Shown: positions 1-8,721 of the stretch, one piece after another
Layout of the letters: every line of letters starts with the position of its first letter
Position numbering within the stretch: the first letter of the stretch is position 1
NCBI GenBank assembly: GCA_965224485.1
Contig: CBDCZH010000019.1
Coordinates: 128,001-192,000, forward strand
DNA from: Arcobacteraceae bacterium
GTDB lineage: Bacteria > Campylobacterota > Campylobacteria > Campylobacterales > Arcobacteraceae
Reading direction: 5' to 3'
DNA: 64,000 nt
Notes under the pieces: generated by a model
The model's database searches: none
What the model was told of the DNA's origin: nothing
Seen by the model: only the letters and a program-made list of their open reading frames with translations
Made by a program: the position numbers and the translations under genes

Positions 1-351
1 CATAAATCCTGAAATAACTGGATAAGGTATATATCTTACATATTTTCCTAGCTTAAATACTCCAAAAAGTATTTGAAAAATACCTGTTAAAAATACTACA
101 CACATCACAGCATTTATGTCACCTGAAAAAATTACAATTGCACTTGCAAAAACCACAGTCATGGGACCAGTTGGTCCTGAAATTTGAGTTGGAGTTCCAC
201 CAAAAAGAGAAGCGACAAATCCTAAAACAATCGCACCATATAGCCCAGCAATAGCACCTGCACCACTAGCAACACCAAAAGCAAGAGCCAATGGAAGTGC
301 AATAATAGCAGCAGTAATACCACCAAAGATATCACCTTTAATATTATTCAT
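1..351 (-). CDS. SulP-family inorganic anion transporter, N-terminal part (runs off the window)
   Basis: Manual translation MNNIKGDIFGGITAAIIALPLALAFGVASG...GLYGAIVLG...FGGTPTQISGPTGPM matches the SulP N-terminal signature; not in the ORF track. Confidence 0.9.
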   Translation of the reverse strand, partial: MNNIKGDIFGGITAAIIALPLALAFGVASGAGAIAGLYGAIVLGFVASLFGGTPTQISGPTGPMTVVFASAIVIFSGDINAVMCVVFLTGIFQILFGVFKLGKYVRYIPYPVISGFM

Positions 352-596
352 TATATGTCCTAAGTATTAATTATTCTTATGCAAGTTGTTTGCCTAGAAG
401 TAAGAAAAAGATTTTTAATACTATTCCAAATGTCCTTAAAAAAAAATATAATATAATTATTTTATTTTGAAAACGTTCAGAAAAAACAAAAAACACTTAT
501 ATAAACTATTAAGAATAGCAAGTAAATCTCAACTCTTTGAATAAAAATTAAGTTTAAACTAAGAAATTATATCATTTAGATACGAGACCCACTATT

Positions 597-1226
597 TTAG
601 CGATTAATTGCATCATTAAAATTAGCTAGAGCAACAACTTCACCAGGAAGTAAGCTATCGATATGAATATCACCAATCCTAATTCTTACTAGTCTTAACG
701 TGGCGAAACCAACAGCAGCCGTCATTTTTCTTATCTGACGTTTTTTTCCTTCACAAAGAGTAATAGATATCCAACTAGTAGGGCCATGTCTTAAATGGCG
801 AATATTACGACCACGAACTGGTAGTTTTGGCTCATTCTCTAAGGCGAATGCTTTGCAAGGAAGGGTAAAATATTTACTTGCATTAACAGTAATTTCAACA
901 CCATTTTGCAAGTGTGAGATTGCTTCTTCTGTAATCTCTCCATCAACTTGAACGTAGTACTCTTTTTCTATAGCTTTATCTCTTACTTTGTAACTCACCA
1001 TACCGTCAGTTGTGAGTAATAATAATCCTTCTGAGTCGTGATCTAGTCTGCCAATTGCCATAGTATTAGCAGGAAAGTTAAATAACTCACCTAATAACTT
1101 TTTCTTCTTTCTCTGTTCTGGTACAAACTGACTTAAAAAACCATATGGCTTAAATATTTTAAAATGCTGGTGATGTTGGGAGGAACTAGAAGGTTCGATT
1201 AAATTATTTTTCTTAGAATTTGGCAT
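597..1226 (-). CDS. rluE: RsuA/RluE-family rRNA pseudouridine synthase
   Basis: KPYGFLSQF, GRLDHDSEGLLLLT (catalytic Asp), EKEYYVQV, EGKKRQIRKM. Confidence 0.8.
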   Translation of the reverse strand: MPNSKKNNLIEPSSSSQHHQHFKIFKPYGFLSQFVPEQRKKKKLLGELFNFPANTMAIGRLDHDSEGLLLLTTDGMVSYKVRDKAIEKEYYVQVDGEITEEAISHLQNGVEITVNASKYFTLPCKAFALENEPKLPVRGRNIRHLRHGPTSWISITLCEGKKRQIRKMTAAVGFATLRLVRIRIGDIHIDSLLPGEVVALANFNDAINR

Positions 1227-1399
1227 TAAACATATCCTTGAACATTTGGAATATAAGGTTTTTTTATTAAAGTATAAAGTTTAATTTCAAAAATAAAAAT
1301 TTATGACCTAAGCCCTTTTTTTAAATTATATCATAAAATAAAAGTTGATTTACTACCCCTCGTATAATAAATAAAAACTAAAGAGTTTATTATGGCATT

Positions 1400-1546
1400 A
1401 ATTTGAGTCTGTATGATTTAGCCTAGTTATTTAATACCAATACAAAGCTCTTTTTTTCTTGCAAACTCTAAAACTTTTTGTCCCATTTCAAAAGCTAATT
1501 TATTACTAAAAGAATTTAATAACATTTTTCGTTGTGTTCTTTTCAT
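1400..1546 (-). pseudogene. Frameshifted fragment resembling the N-terminus of a UPF0303/GlcG-like heme-binding protein
   Basis: Reads LNSFSNKLAFEMGQKVLEFARKK, then in other frames ELCIGIK and TRLNHT; recognition by eye only. Confidence 0.3.
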
Positions 1547-1908
1547 TTTTTTCCTTCTAATATTAATATATAATTTTTCTTATTTGATTTAGCAATAAAT
1601 AATTATAGAAAACTTACTTATAATTATAAAGCTTATTTATTTTACTTAATTTACACTCTGAGTTGGGAGATAAAATATTGTAATTTTTTTACTTTATTTT
1701 GAATAATACGTAAATCAAATCCATTCCTAATAGCATTTCTACCTTTTTTATTCTATCTATATTTAAAAAAAAAGTAGCTCATCTCATAAGCCTTAATTTT
1801 ATAAAGAATTTAAGTTGTCATTCCTGTATTATTTAATGAAAGTTACTATATTTTTAGTGAAAGCATGGTATCTTACGCTTAGTATAAATATCATTGTAAG
1901 GAAAATAG

Positions 1909-2253
1909 ATGAAGAGATCAATTGGAATGAAAAGTTCTTATATTTTATCAGCTAAAAGTGTAGATTATGAAATCACAAAAATATCAGCTGGTAACTTTGC
2001 GTTAGGATATGAAAGTAAAAGTGGGCTATTTGTAGTTCAATATTATGGTCGTTCCGATACAGATGTAAATTCTGAAATTAAAAATTGGATTAATAAATAT
2101 AAAAGATTTAAATTCTTCTATGCATCAAGTCCTAAAAGTGCTTTTGTAAAAGAGTGCAAAAATTATCATGCTTTTGATGAGAAGAAAATAGATAATAAAA
2201 CCCATCCAAAAAAACCTGAAAACACAGATTATGAATGTCCGTATTGTCACTAA
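1909..2253 (+). CDS. Hypothetical protein, possibly GIY-YIG-like fold, with C-terminal HP..P..CPYC
   Basis: GNFALG...QYYGRSD...AFVKEC.NYH...DN..HP..CPYC pattern; AGGA RBS upstream. Confidence 0.45.
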   Translation: MKRSIGMKSSYILSAKSVDYEITKISAGNFALGYESKSGLFVVQYYGRSDTDVNSEIKNWINKYKRFKFFYASSPKSAFVKECKNYHAFDEKKIDNKTHPKKPENTDYECPYCH

Positions 2254-2370
2254 TTAAGTTAGTCAAATAAATAAACAGAATAACCAAACTTGTTCTTTTA
2301 TCTAACTTATAAATTTACCGGAATTTATAAGTTATTTTAATAATTAAGTAAACTGTCACCGGAATTTTTA

Positions 2371-2480
2371 AGAACCTCTATTCAAAGACAATGCCCTTTA
2401 GGTGATGAAAATTGTCAATATATGATAAGTAAGAATCTACATCAAATCCAATTGGAAAACCTAAAAAAAGTAGTTTTTAA
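2371..2480 (+). pseudogene. C-terminal remnant of a RAYT-like (REP-associated HUH tyrosine) transposase
   Basis: RTSIQRQCPLGDENCQ, then after a frameshift SNPIGKPKKSSF*; resembles the PLG...(R/K)G(R/K)PKK RAYT tail; immediately followed by AAAGGTGCCTGTCC. Confidence 0.45.
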
Positions 2481-2526
2481 ATTAAAGGTGCCTGTCCAAT
2501 TTATCATAATTTGTTATCCAATCTTT

Positions 2527-2898
2527 CTATAAAATTGCTCTAAATTCTATTTGTTCATTTGAATATAGAGGTTTTATAATTTTTCTAATACCGTGTCCAG
2601 CATTGGGTTCTTTTAAAATATCAATTAATTGATATTTTAATAATAGTTCTAAATCTTGATTTAAACTTGAAGGAGATTTTTTAAGATCTTCAAGTATTGC
2701 ACTATAATAAACTTTCGTTTTATTTTTAAGATACTGTATTAATTTAGTTCTTTGTGGTTTCAGTATATTTAATAAATCATTTGTTTCCATCCAAATTGTA
2801 TGTTTTGGAGTTATTTTTTCACCATTATCAATTTGCTTTGCAGTTTGCATTGCAGAATCAAAGAAATCATCTATTGTTCCATTTTGAATATTTATCAT
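2527..2898 (-). CDS. Winged-HTH (HVO_A0114-like) putative antitoxin
   Basis: LLNILKPQRTKLIQYL...SSLNQDLELLLKYQLI...NAGHG; 4-nt overlap with the upstream toxin-like gene. Confidence 0.7.
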   Translation of the reverse strand: MINIQNGTIDDFFDSAMQTAKQIDNGEKITPKHTIWMETNDLLNILKPQRTKLIQYLKNKTKVYYSAILEDLKKSPSSLNQDLELLLKYQLIDILKEPNAGHGIRKIIKPLYSNEQIEFRAIL

Positions 2899-3203
2899 TT
2901 TATAAACTCCTTTATATCATTTCTAAATCTTTGAACTAATTCTTGATAGCTGATAAAGTCATCAAGTTCAGTTATTTGTCCAAAATAATGTTTATGATGA
3001 AAGTTATGACTATTGTCATAACCCATAACTCTTCCATTATCATTTGGAAATACATTTTTATTAATATAAACCATATTATATTTTATAATTAAGTTTTCAA
3101 ATTCCCAAGCTTCAAATTTTATAATTCCACCACCTTTTTCGGATGGAACTATAAATTGCTCATCAATCACTTTAATATAATTTTTCTTTTTTGATTTAGC
3201 CAT
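2895..3203 (-). CDS. DUF6516/TumE-family putative toxin
   Basis: KYNMVYI...GRVMGYDNSHNFHHKHYFG...SYQELVQRF motif. Confidence 0.75.
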   Translation of the reverse strand: MAKSKKKNYIKVIDEQFIVPSEKGGGIIKFEAWEFENLIIKYNMVYINKNVFPNDNGRVMGYDNSHNFHHKHYFGQITELDDFISYQELVQRFRNDIKEFIK

Positions 3204-3406
3204 AGAATAATTATAACAGATTTACTTATAATTGTAAAGCTGATTTATTAGGATAATCTTTGATTTCATCGATGCTCTGTATTCTATATAAGATATTATG
3301 ACTTTTTTTACTTTATTTTATATGCGCCCATTAAATTAATAAGTGCAATATAATTTTAGACTTAGGATTGGTATTCTTGGATAAAATTATTGCATTAACA
3401 AAAGTT

Positions 3407-3449
3407 TTGACAAAAAATAATTTGTATGATAAAATACTGTATTACAAAT
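3407..3449 (+). promoter_or_regulatory. Sigma70 promoter of the TA operon with an overlapping palindromic operator
   Basis: TTGACA-17 nt-TAAAAT with extended TG; ATTTGTA...TACAAAT inverted repeat spans the -10. Confidence 0.6.
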
Positions 3450-3462
3450 AGAAAGGTTTATT

Positions 3463-3690
3463 ATGACTGCAACAGTTAGATTAGATGCCAATTTAGAAGA
3501 AAAACTAAATAATTTATCACATACCTTACATAAAAAGAAAAGTGATGTAATTAGAGATGCAATTTCATTTTACTTCTCAAATATAGAAAACAGTAAAAAA
3601 AACAGAATGTTAAATGCTGTAAATAAAGTTAAAGATTCTGATAAAAAAGAGTATCAATCTTTAGAAGGAACATTAAGTGACGGTATCTAA
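3463..3690 (+). CDS. Ribbon-helix-helix (CopG-like) antitoxin
   Basis: TVRLD...L..L...KSDVIRDAI RHH pattern; overlaps the toxin gene. Confidence 0.85.
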   Translation: MTATVRLDANLEEKLNNLSHTLHKKKSDVIRDAISFYFSNIENSKKNRMLNAVNKVKDSDKKEYQSLEGTLSDGI

Positions 3691-4018
3691 AGGTGAGATT
3701 TGGATTGCAAATTTAAATCCAATAAAAAAGAATAATGAAGTTGGTAAAATCAGACCTGTACTTATTTTTCAAAATGATGATTTAAATCATAGTGATTACC
3801 CAAGTACAATAATTATTCCTTTAACAACATATTTAATAGATGATGCCCAACCTCTTAGATTTAGAATTAGTAAAAGAGATAAACTAAAAGAAGATTCTGA
3901 TCTTATTATTACACAAATAAGAGCTATTGATAATAGTAGATTTGTTGAGAAACTAGGAGTTCTAAGTCATAAAGAAATGTCTAAAATTAAAGACTTATTT
4001 TTTGAAGTTATTGATTAG
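3677..4018 (+). CDS. mazF: PemK/MazF-family endoribonuclease toxin
   Basis: GEIWIANLNP...EVGKIRPVLIFQND...IIIPLTT...QIRAID..RF. Confidence 0.9.
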   Translation: MTVSKGEIWIANLNPIKKNNEVGKIRPVLIFQNDDLNHSDYPSTIIIPLTTYLIDDAQPLRFRISKRDKLKEDSDLIITQIRAIDNSRFVEKLGVLSHKEMSKIKDLFFEVID

Positions 4019-4037
4019 TAATATAAGAGATTAAAAG

Positions 4038-4091
4038 ATATAACGTTTGACTTCAGCGACGCTCTGCGTTCGCTGCTAGGTTTTGTTATAC
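4038..4091 (-). mobile_element. attC: Integron attC recombination site (54 bp)
   Basis: Minus strand: R'' GTATAAC, 5-nt spacer, L'' CTAGCAGC, GAACGCAGAGCGTC, L' GCTGAAG, 6-nt spacer, R' GTTATAT; unpaired extra bases in L'' and in the inner stem. Confidence 0.85.
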
Positions 4092-4126
4092 TTGACTTTA
4101 TATAAACTATTATAAATAATTTATAC

Positions 4127-5005
4127 TTATAAACTATTTTTCCAAATCTTTTTAACTATATATTTTTTTATTTTTTTATTATTAGTTTGAATAATTTGAA
4201 CATCCATTGTTACATTGGTAGGTGTTCCTTTCATTAAAACTTTATTTTTTAGACTTTCTATTAACTTAACAAAATTATTATCTGTTTTTACTTCTCTATC
4301 TAATATAAAAGGAATAGCTCTATCAACTTCTGGAATTTCTATTCGCCCTGAGTAATTTGTTGCACTAAAACTTGTTATAATTCCTGTAACAGAAATTATT
4401 TTTTCTAATATAACTTCTTCGTTTATATATTTATATGTATCTATAGATAACTCTGAACTAAATTTAATTTCTTTTCCATTTACAAAGCCTTTTATTATAG
4501 TTTTTTCTGCAGAATCATTCTTAAAAATTGGTCTATGCATATCAATAATTGAATTAGTACATTTATCAATTACCATATCTAATTGATGTTGGTGTATTGT
4601 AGGAAGATTTTTAATTTTACTCTCTTCATATAATTTACCAATAGATTTATTATAGTCAACATGAATACCTAAACTCTCTGATATAACATAGTCATATGCA
4701 GAAAACATTAAATGTCCTAATACTGAATTTTGAGGAGCACTTAATGCCCCTCCTAATGCTCCTCCTAGTAATCCTATTGCAATATTCATTTTCCAACTAC
4801 CTTCTTCATGAGGTAAGGAATAAATATAAGCATTTCTTAAAGATGGTGATCTAGAAATAATTTTTTCATTTAATAATAAATGTGTAGTTATTGCTATTGA
4901 ACGGTGAAAACCCATCATTGACCGAGAGATATCATATAAATCTACTCTATGTTTATCTGATAATTTTCCATTAAAGGAAACTTCAAATGTTAATAAATCA
5001 CTCAT
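4127..5005 (-). CDS. Cassette-borne hypothetical protein with a glycine-zipper-like hydrophobic segment
   Basis: 292-aa ORF with IAIGLLGGALGGALSA; ends 35 nt before attC; AAAGG RBS in the 10-nt gap after the protease gene. Confidence 0.75.
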   Translation of the reverse strand: MSDLLTFEVSFNGKLSDKHRVDLYDISRSMMGFHRSIAITTHLLLNEKIISRSPSLRNAYIYSLPHEEGSWKMNIAIGLLGGALGGALSAPQNSVLGHLMFSAYDYVISESLGIHVDYNKSIGKLYEESKIKNLPTIHQHQLDMVIDKCTNSIIDMHRPIFKNDSAEKTIIKGFVNGKEIKFSSELSIDTYKYINEEVILEKIISVTGIITSFSATNYSGRIEIPEVDRAIPFILDREVKTDNNFVKLIESLKNKVLMKGTPTNVTMDVQIIQTNNKKIKKYIVKKIWKNSL

Positions 5006-6321
5006 TTATATACCTTTATTTTTTATCTATAATCTTTTTATATTCTAAATCTAATTGATTCCTAATCATATGTATAGCTATATCAATTCTTGTTCCCACC
5101 GTTACTTTATTCTTTTTATGCCATTCTGTCATTATTCCAACCAACATAAATTCAGGTTTAAATATAGAAGACATTACCCATAATCCAGAACCACTAACGC
5201 CATATAAATGAGGTGGAGTTGAAATTATATTTATATTATTAAAATCTTTAACTTTATCAATATCTACTATAATGTGATCATCTTTTTTAAAATTTAATTC
5301 TCTATATTTTTCATCTTTTGATGGTTTTGTCAAACTAACTAATTCTTCACGTTTATGAGTCTTGCCATAAATTTTAGTTTTACTTACAGGAAAGCCTGCC
5401 ATTAAATATTGTTGTTTATTTGTTAAATTATGATTTATATCTAAAAGATTACTATTTAAAAAAGAATATTGTTCCAATAAATCTTCTACAAAATGATCTG
5501 CTAATTTCATTATTGCTAAATCAATTTTGTTTTCTTTATCATTTGTATAGACCTCTTTTCACACTTAAAGTGCAACATAGAGTAATGTAAGATGTAAGGC
5601 TGATTGATATACAATTTAAGCTCAATATCTTGCAGGATAAATGGAGCATTAAATGGAAAAGTATAAACAATTAACCTTAGGTTTAAGGTATCAAATATTT
5701 GCTTATAAAAACGAAAATTATACACAATCTAAAATTGCAGAGTTACTAGGTGTTAATAAATCAACCATATCAAGAGAGCTTAAAAGAAATAGTAACAATG
5801 ATTACTACAGTCCTGAGGATGCTCATATAAGTGCTGTCTCTAGAGACAAGTTTAAAGATAGGTATCACAAGATAACAAAGAAGTTAAAACTAAAGATTGG
5901 CAAGTTATTAAAAGAAGGATTATCTCCTGAGCAATTAACAGGAAGACTAAAACTACATAAAATAGCTAATATATCTTATGAAACAGTATATAGGTATATT
6001 TATGCAAATCAAATAAGTGGTGGAAGATTATATAAATATTTAAGACATAAGAACAAAAAGTATGGAAATAGAAGTAGTCAATATAAAACAAGAGGTCAAA
6101 TAAAGAATAGAGTTAATATAAGTCAACGAGCTAAAATAATTGAGACTAAAACTAGATTTGGAGACTTTGAAGTAGATACTATTATTGGGAAAGACCATAA
6201 AGGTGCAATTGTTACATTAGTAGATAGAAAGAGTAAGTTTACACTAATGAGGATAGTTGAATCAAAACAAGCTGGTGCAGTTACGCAAGCTATTATAGAG
6301 TTGTTATATCCAATAAGGAAT

Positions 6322-7433
6322 CCTCTTTTCACACTTAAAGTGCAACATAGAGTAATGTAAGATGTAAGGCTGATTGATATACAATTTAAGCTCAATATCT
6401 TGCAGGATAAATGGAGCATTAAATGGAAAAGTATAAACAATTAACCTTAGGTTTAAGGTATCAAATATTTGCTTATAAAAACGAAAATTATACACAATCT
6501 AAAATTGCAGAGTTACTAGGTGTTAATAAATCAACCATATCAAGAGAGCTTAAAAGAAATAGTAACAATGATTACTACAGTCCTGAGGATGCTCATATAA
6601 GTGCTGTCTCTAGAGACAAGTTTAAAGATAGGTATCACAAGATAACAAAGAAGTTAAAACTAAAGATTGGCAAGTTATTAAAAGAAGGATTATCTCCTGA
6701 GCAATTAACAGGAAGACTAAAACTACATAAAATAGCTAATATATCTTATGAAACAGTATATAGGTATATTTATGCAAATCAAATAAGTGGTGGAAGATTA
6801 TATAAATATTTAAGACATAAGAACAAAAAGTATGGAAATAGAAGTAGTCAATATAAAACAAGAGGTCAAATAAAGAATAGAGTTAATATAAGTCAACGAG
6901 CTAAAATAATTGAGACTAAAACTAGATTTGGAGACTTTGAAGTAGATACTATTATTGGGAAAGACCATAAAGGTGCAATTGTTACATTAGTAGATAGAAA
7001 GAGTAAGTTTACACTAATGAGGATAGTTGAATCAAAACAAGCTGGTGCAGTTACGCAAGCTATTATAGAGTTGTTATATCCAATAAGGAATTTAGTTCAT
7101 ACCATTACATCAGATAATGGCAAAGAGTTTTCTTATCATGAAGAAATAGCAAAAGAATTAAATATAAAGTTTTATTTTTGTGATCCTTATTCATCTTGGC
7201 AAAGAGGATTAAATGAACATACAAATGGATTGGTGAGAGAATATATTCCTAAAAAATCAAGCTTTGAGAATGTAAATAATACTCAAATACTTATAATACA
7301 AAACAGGTTAAATAATAGACCAAGAAAGATACTAAAATATTATACTCCGAATGAGATATTTTTGAAGGAAGTTTCAAGAAAGATGGTGGCATAATTTTGC
7401 CTATATTTGTTGCACTTTAGAGTTGAATTGGCG
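6322..7433 (+). mobile_element. Inner intact IS30-family element (1112 bp)
   Basis: Same ends as the outer copy; 3-bp duplication AAT at 6319-6321 and 7434-7436. Confidence 0.93.
6423..7394 (+). CDS. IS30-family DDE transposase
   Basis: HTH (IAELLGVNKSTISRELKRN); FEVDTIIG, TITSDNGKEF, WQRGLNEHTNG. Confidence 0.95.
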   Translation: MEKYKQLTLGLRYQIFAYKNENYTQSKIAELLGVNKSTISRELKRNSNNDYYSPEDAHISAVSRDKFKDRYHKITKKLKLKIGKLLKEGLSPEQLTGRLKLHKIANISYETVYRYIYANQISGGRLYKYLRHKNKKYGNRSSQYKTRGQIKNRVNISQRAKIIETKTRFGDFEVDTIIGKDHKGAIVTLVDRKSKFTLMRIVESKQAGAVTQAIIELLYPIRNLVHTITSDNGKEFSYHEEIAKELNIKFYFCDPYSSWQRGLNEHTNGLVREYIPKKSSFENVNNTQILIIQNRLNNRPRKILKYYTPNEIFLKEVSRKMVA

Positions 7434-8061
7434 AATTTAGTTCATACCATTACATCAGATAATGGCAAAGAGTTTTCTTATCATGAAGAAATAGCAAAAG
7501 AATTAAATATAAAGTTTTATTTTTGTGATCCTTATTCATCTTGGCAAAGAGGATTAAATGAACATACAAATGGATTGGTGAGAGAATATATTCCTAAAAA
7601 ATCAAGCTTTGAGAATGTAAATAATACTCAAATACTTATAATACAAAACAGGTTAAATAATAGACCAAGAAAGATACTAAAATATTATACTCCGAATGAG
7701 ATATTTTTGAAGGAAGTTTCAAGAAAGATGGTGGCATAATTTTGCCTATATTTGTTGCACTTTAGAGTTGAATTGGCGAGATAAGAAATCCATGAAGGTA
7801 TGAGAAAACATCATTTATTAAAATACCTATTTTATTAGGTTTAATCTGATTATTTTCAAAAACATGACTAGCCGTAATTAAATAATGACACTCATTCTCC
7901 ATATACAATATGCAGGATGCCAAGGCAATAGGTCTAATTGGTTTATACTCATTTTCAATGTAAAACATTTGAGGAGTATATTTGAAAATTTTATCAGCAC
8001 AATTATTAACATTTTTTCCTATTAAATCATATAATTCTTTTTCGATTGCATTTCCTTCTGT

Positions 8062-8125
8062 GTATAACTATTTATTCATTCCCATTCTTGTCTATTTACC
8101 TCATAATTCAATTATTAATAGACAA
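8062..8125 (-). mobile_element. Cassette start core site (GTTATAC) with an attI-like upstream region
   Basis: GTTATAC at 8068-8062 is the exact complement of the cassette's attC R'' GTATAAC; the upstream sequence lacks attC architecture and has a TTGTCTATT/AATAGACAA repeat. Confidence 0.55.
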
Positions 8126-8373
8126 AATAATGTTCTTTTAATAATGTAATAAATGTGACTAGGTCATGCTTTTAAATTAATATAAAATTATACTAGTATT
8201 TATCTTAAATAAAAAATGTACTTTTGATACCTAGATCAGTGATATGTGGACAGTATTATCCATTAATTAGTAAATATCTGGTAAAAGCGACACTATATCC
8301 CTTATAAAAATTAATTACTATTTAAATTAATATACTTCGTGCCTATCACCATTTCAAAAATAGTTTTAAATAA

Positions 8374-8657
8374 CTGGCTTTTGCTCTTGTAAACTTTCAG
8401 TTCCCGCTTTCTTACTTTTGTATTGACAAAAAGTAAGCAAAAACAACTACGCTTCATCGGCCTAAAGGCTACCTAAATATTTTTATTGATTTACTTAAAA
8501 ATATAACTTCCTAAAACATGCCTGAGGGCATCTTTATTAACGGTCAAACAGAAATTTTTGGGCTACGCAAATCAATAAAAAATATTTAGCTCTTGCAGAT
8601 GTAGCAATCAACGGAATAATCTTTTGTCTGCTAAAGCAGATATTGTTTGAATACATA
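8374..8657 (+). repeat. Structured non-coding repeat A, copy 1
   Basis: Colinear with 50719-51002; several hairpins, including CTTACTTTTG/CAAAAAGTAAG and a ~20-bp long-range stem. Confidence 0.85.
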
Positions 8658-8721
8658 TTTATTCAAGAAACTATTAGTTAGGTTTAATTAATTCGTGCCT
8701 ATCCCTATTTCTTCTAAATTG

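Larger units (their letters stand above)
5552..7778 (+). mobile_element. Outer IS30-family element (1112 bp, split into 5552-6321 and 7437-7778)
   Basis: 26-bp imperfect IRs (CCTCTTTTCACACTTAAAGTGCAACA / CGCCAATTCAACTCTAAAGTGCAACA); 3-bp target duplication AGA at 5549-5551 and 7779-7781. Confidence 0.93.
5016..7968 (-). pseudogene. Trypsin-like serine protease interrupted by IS30
   Basis: Removing the IS and one AGA duplicate joins LITASHVFE...HGFLIYTNDKENKIDLAIMKL...GVSGSGLW in frame, giving His/Asp/Ser triad motifs; the true start may be near 8051 across homopolymer frameshifts. Confidence 0.8.

Noticed and set aside
2300..2337. ATCTAAC...GTTATTT palindrome as a second attC
   Set aside because: Only about 38 bp, perfectly paired, with no L boxes, spacers or extrahelical bases.
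3210..3250. TATAAC...imperfect palindrome as an attC
   Set aside because: No GTTRRRY partner at the right spacing; more likely the operator/promoter of the DUF6516 TA operon.
5516..6495. Minus-strand ORFs 5516-5725, 6123-6440 and 6304-6495
   Set aside because: Antisense shadows of IS30 sequence, duplicated because the IS is duplicated.
7407..7739. 110-aa ORF as an independent gene
   Set aside because: It is the C-terminal part of the interrupted outer transposase read from the inner IR.
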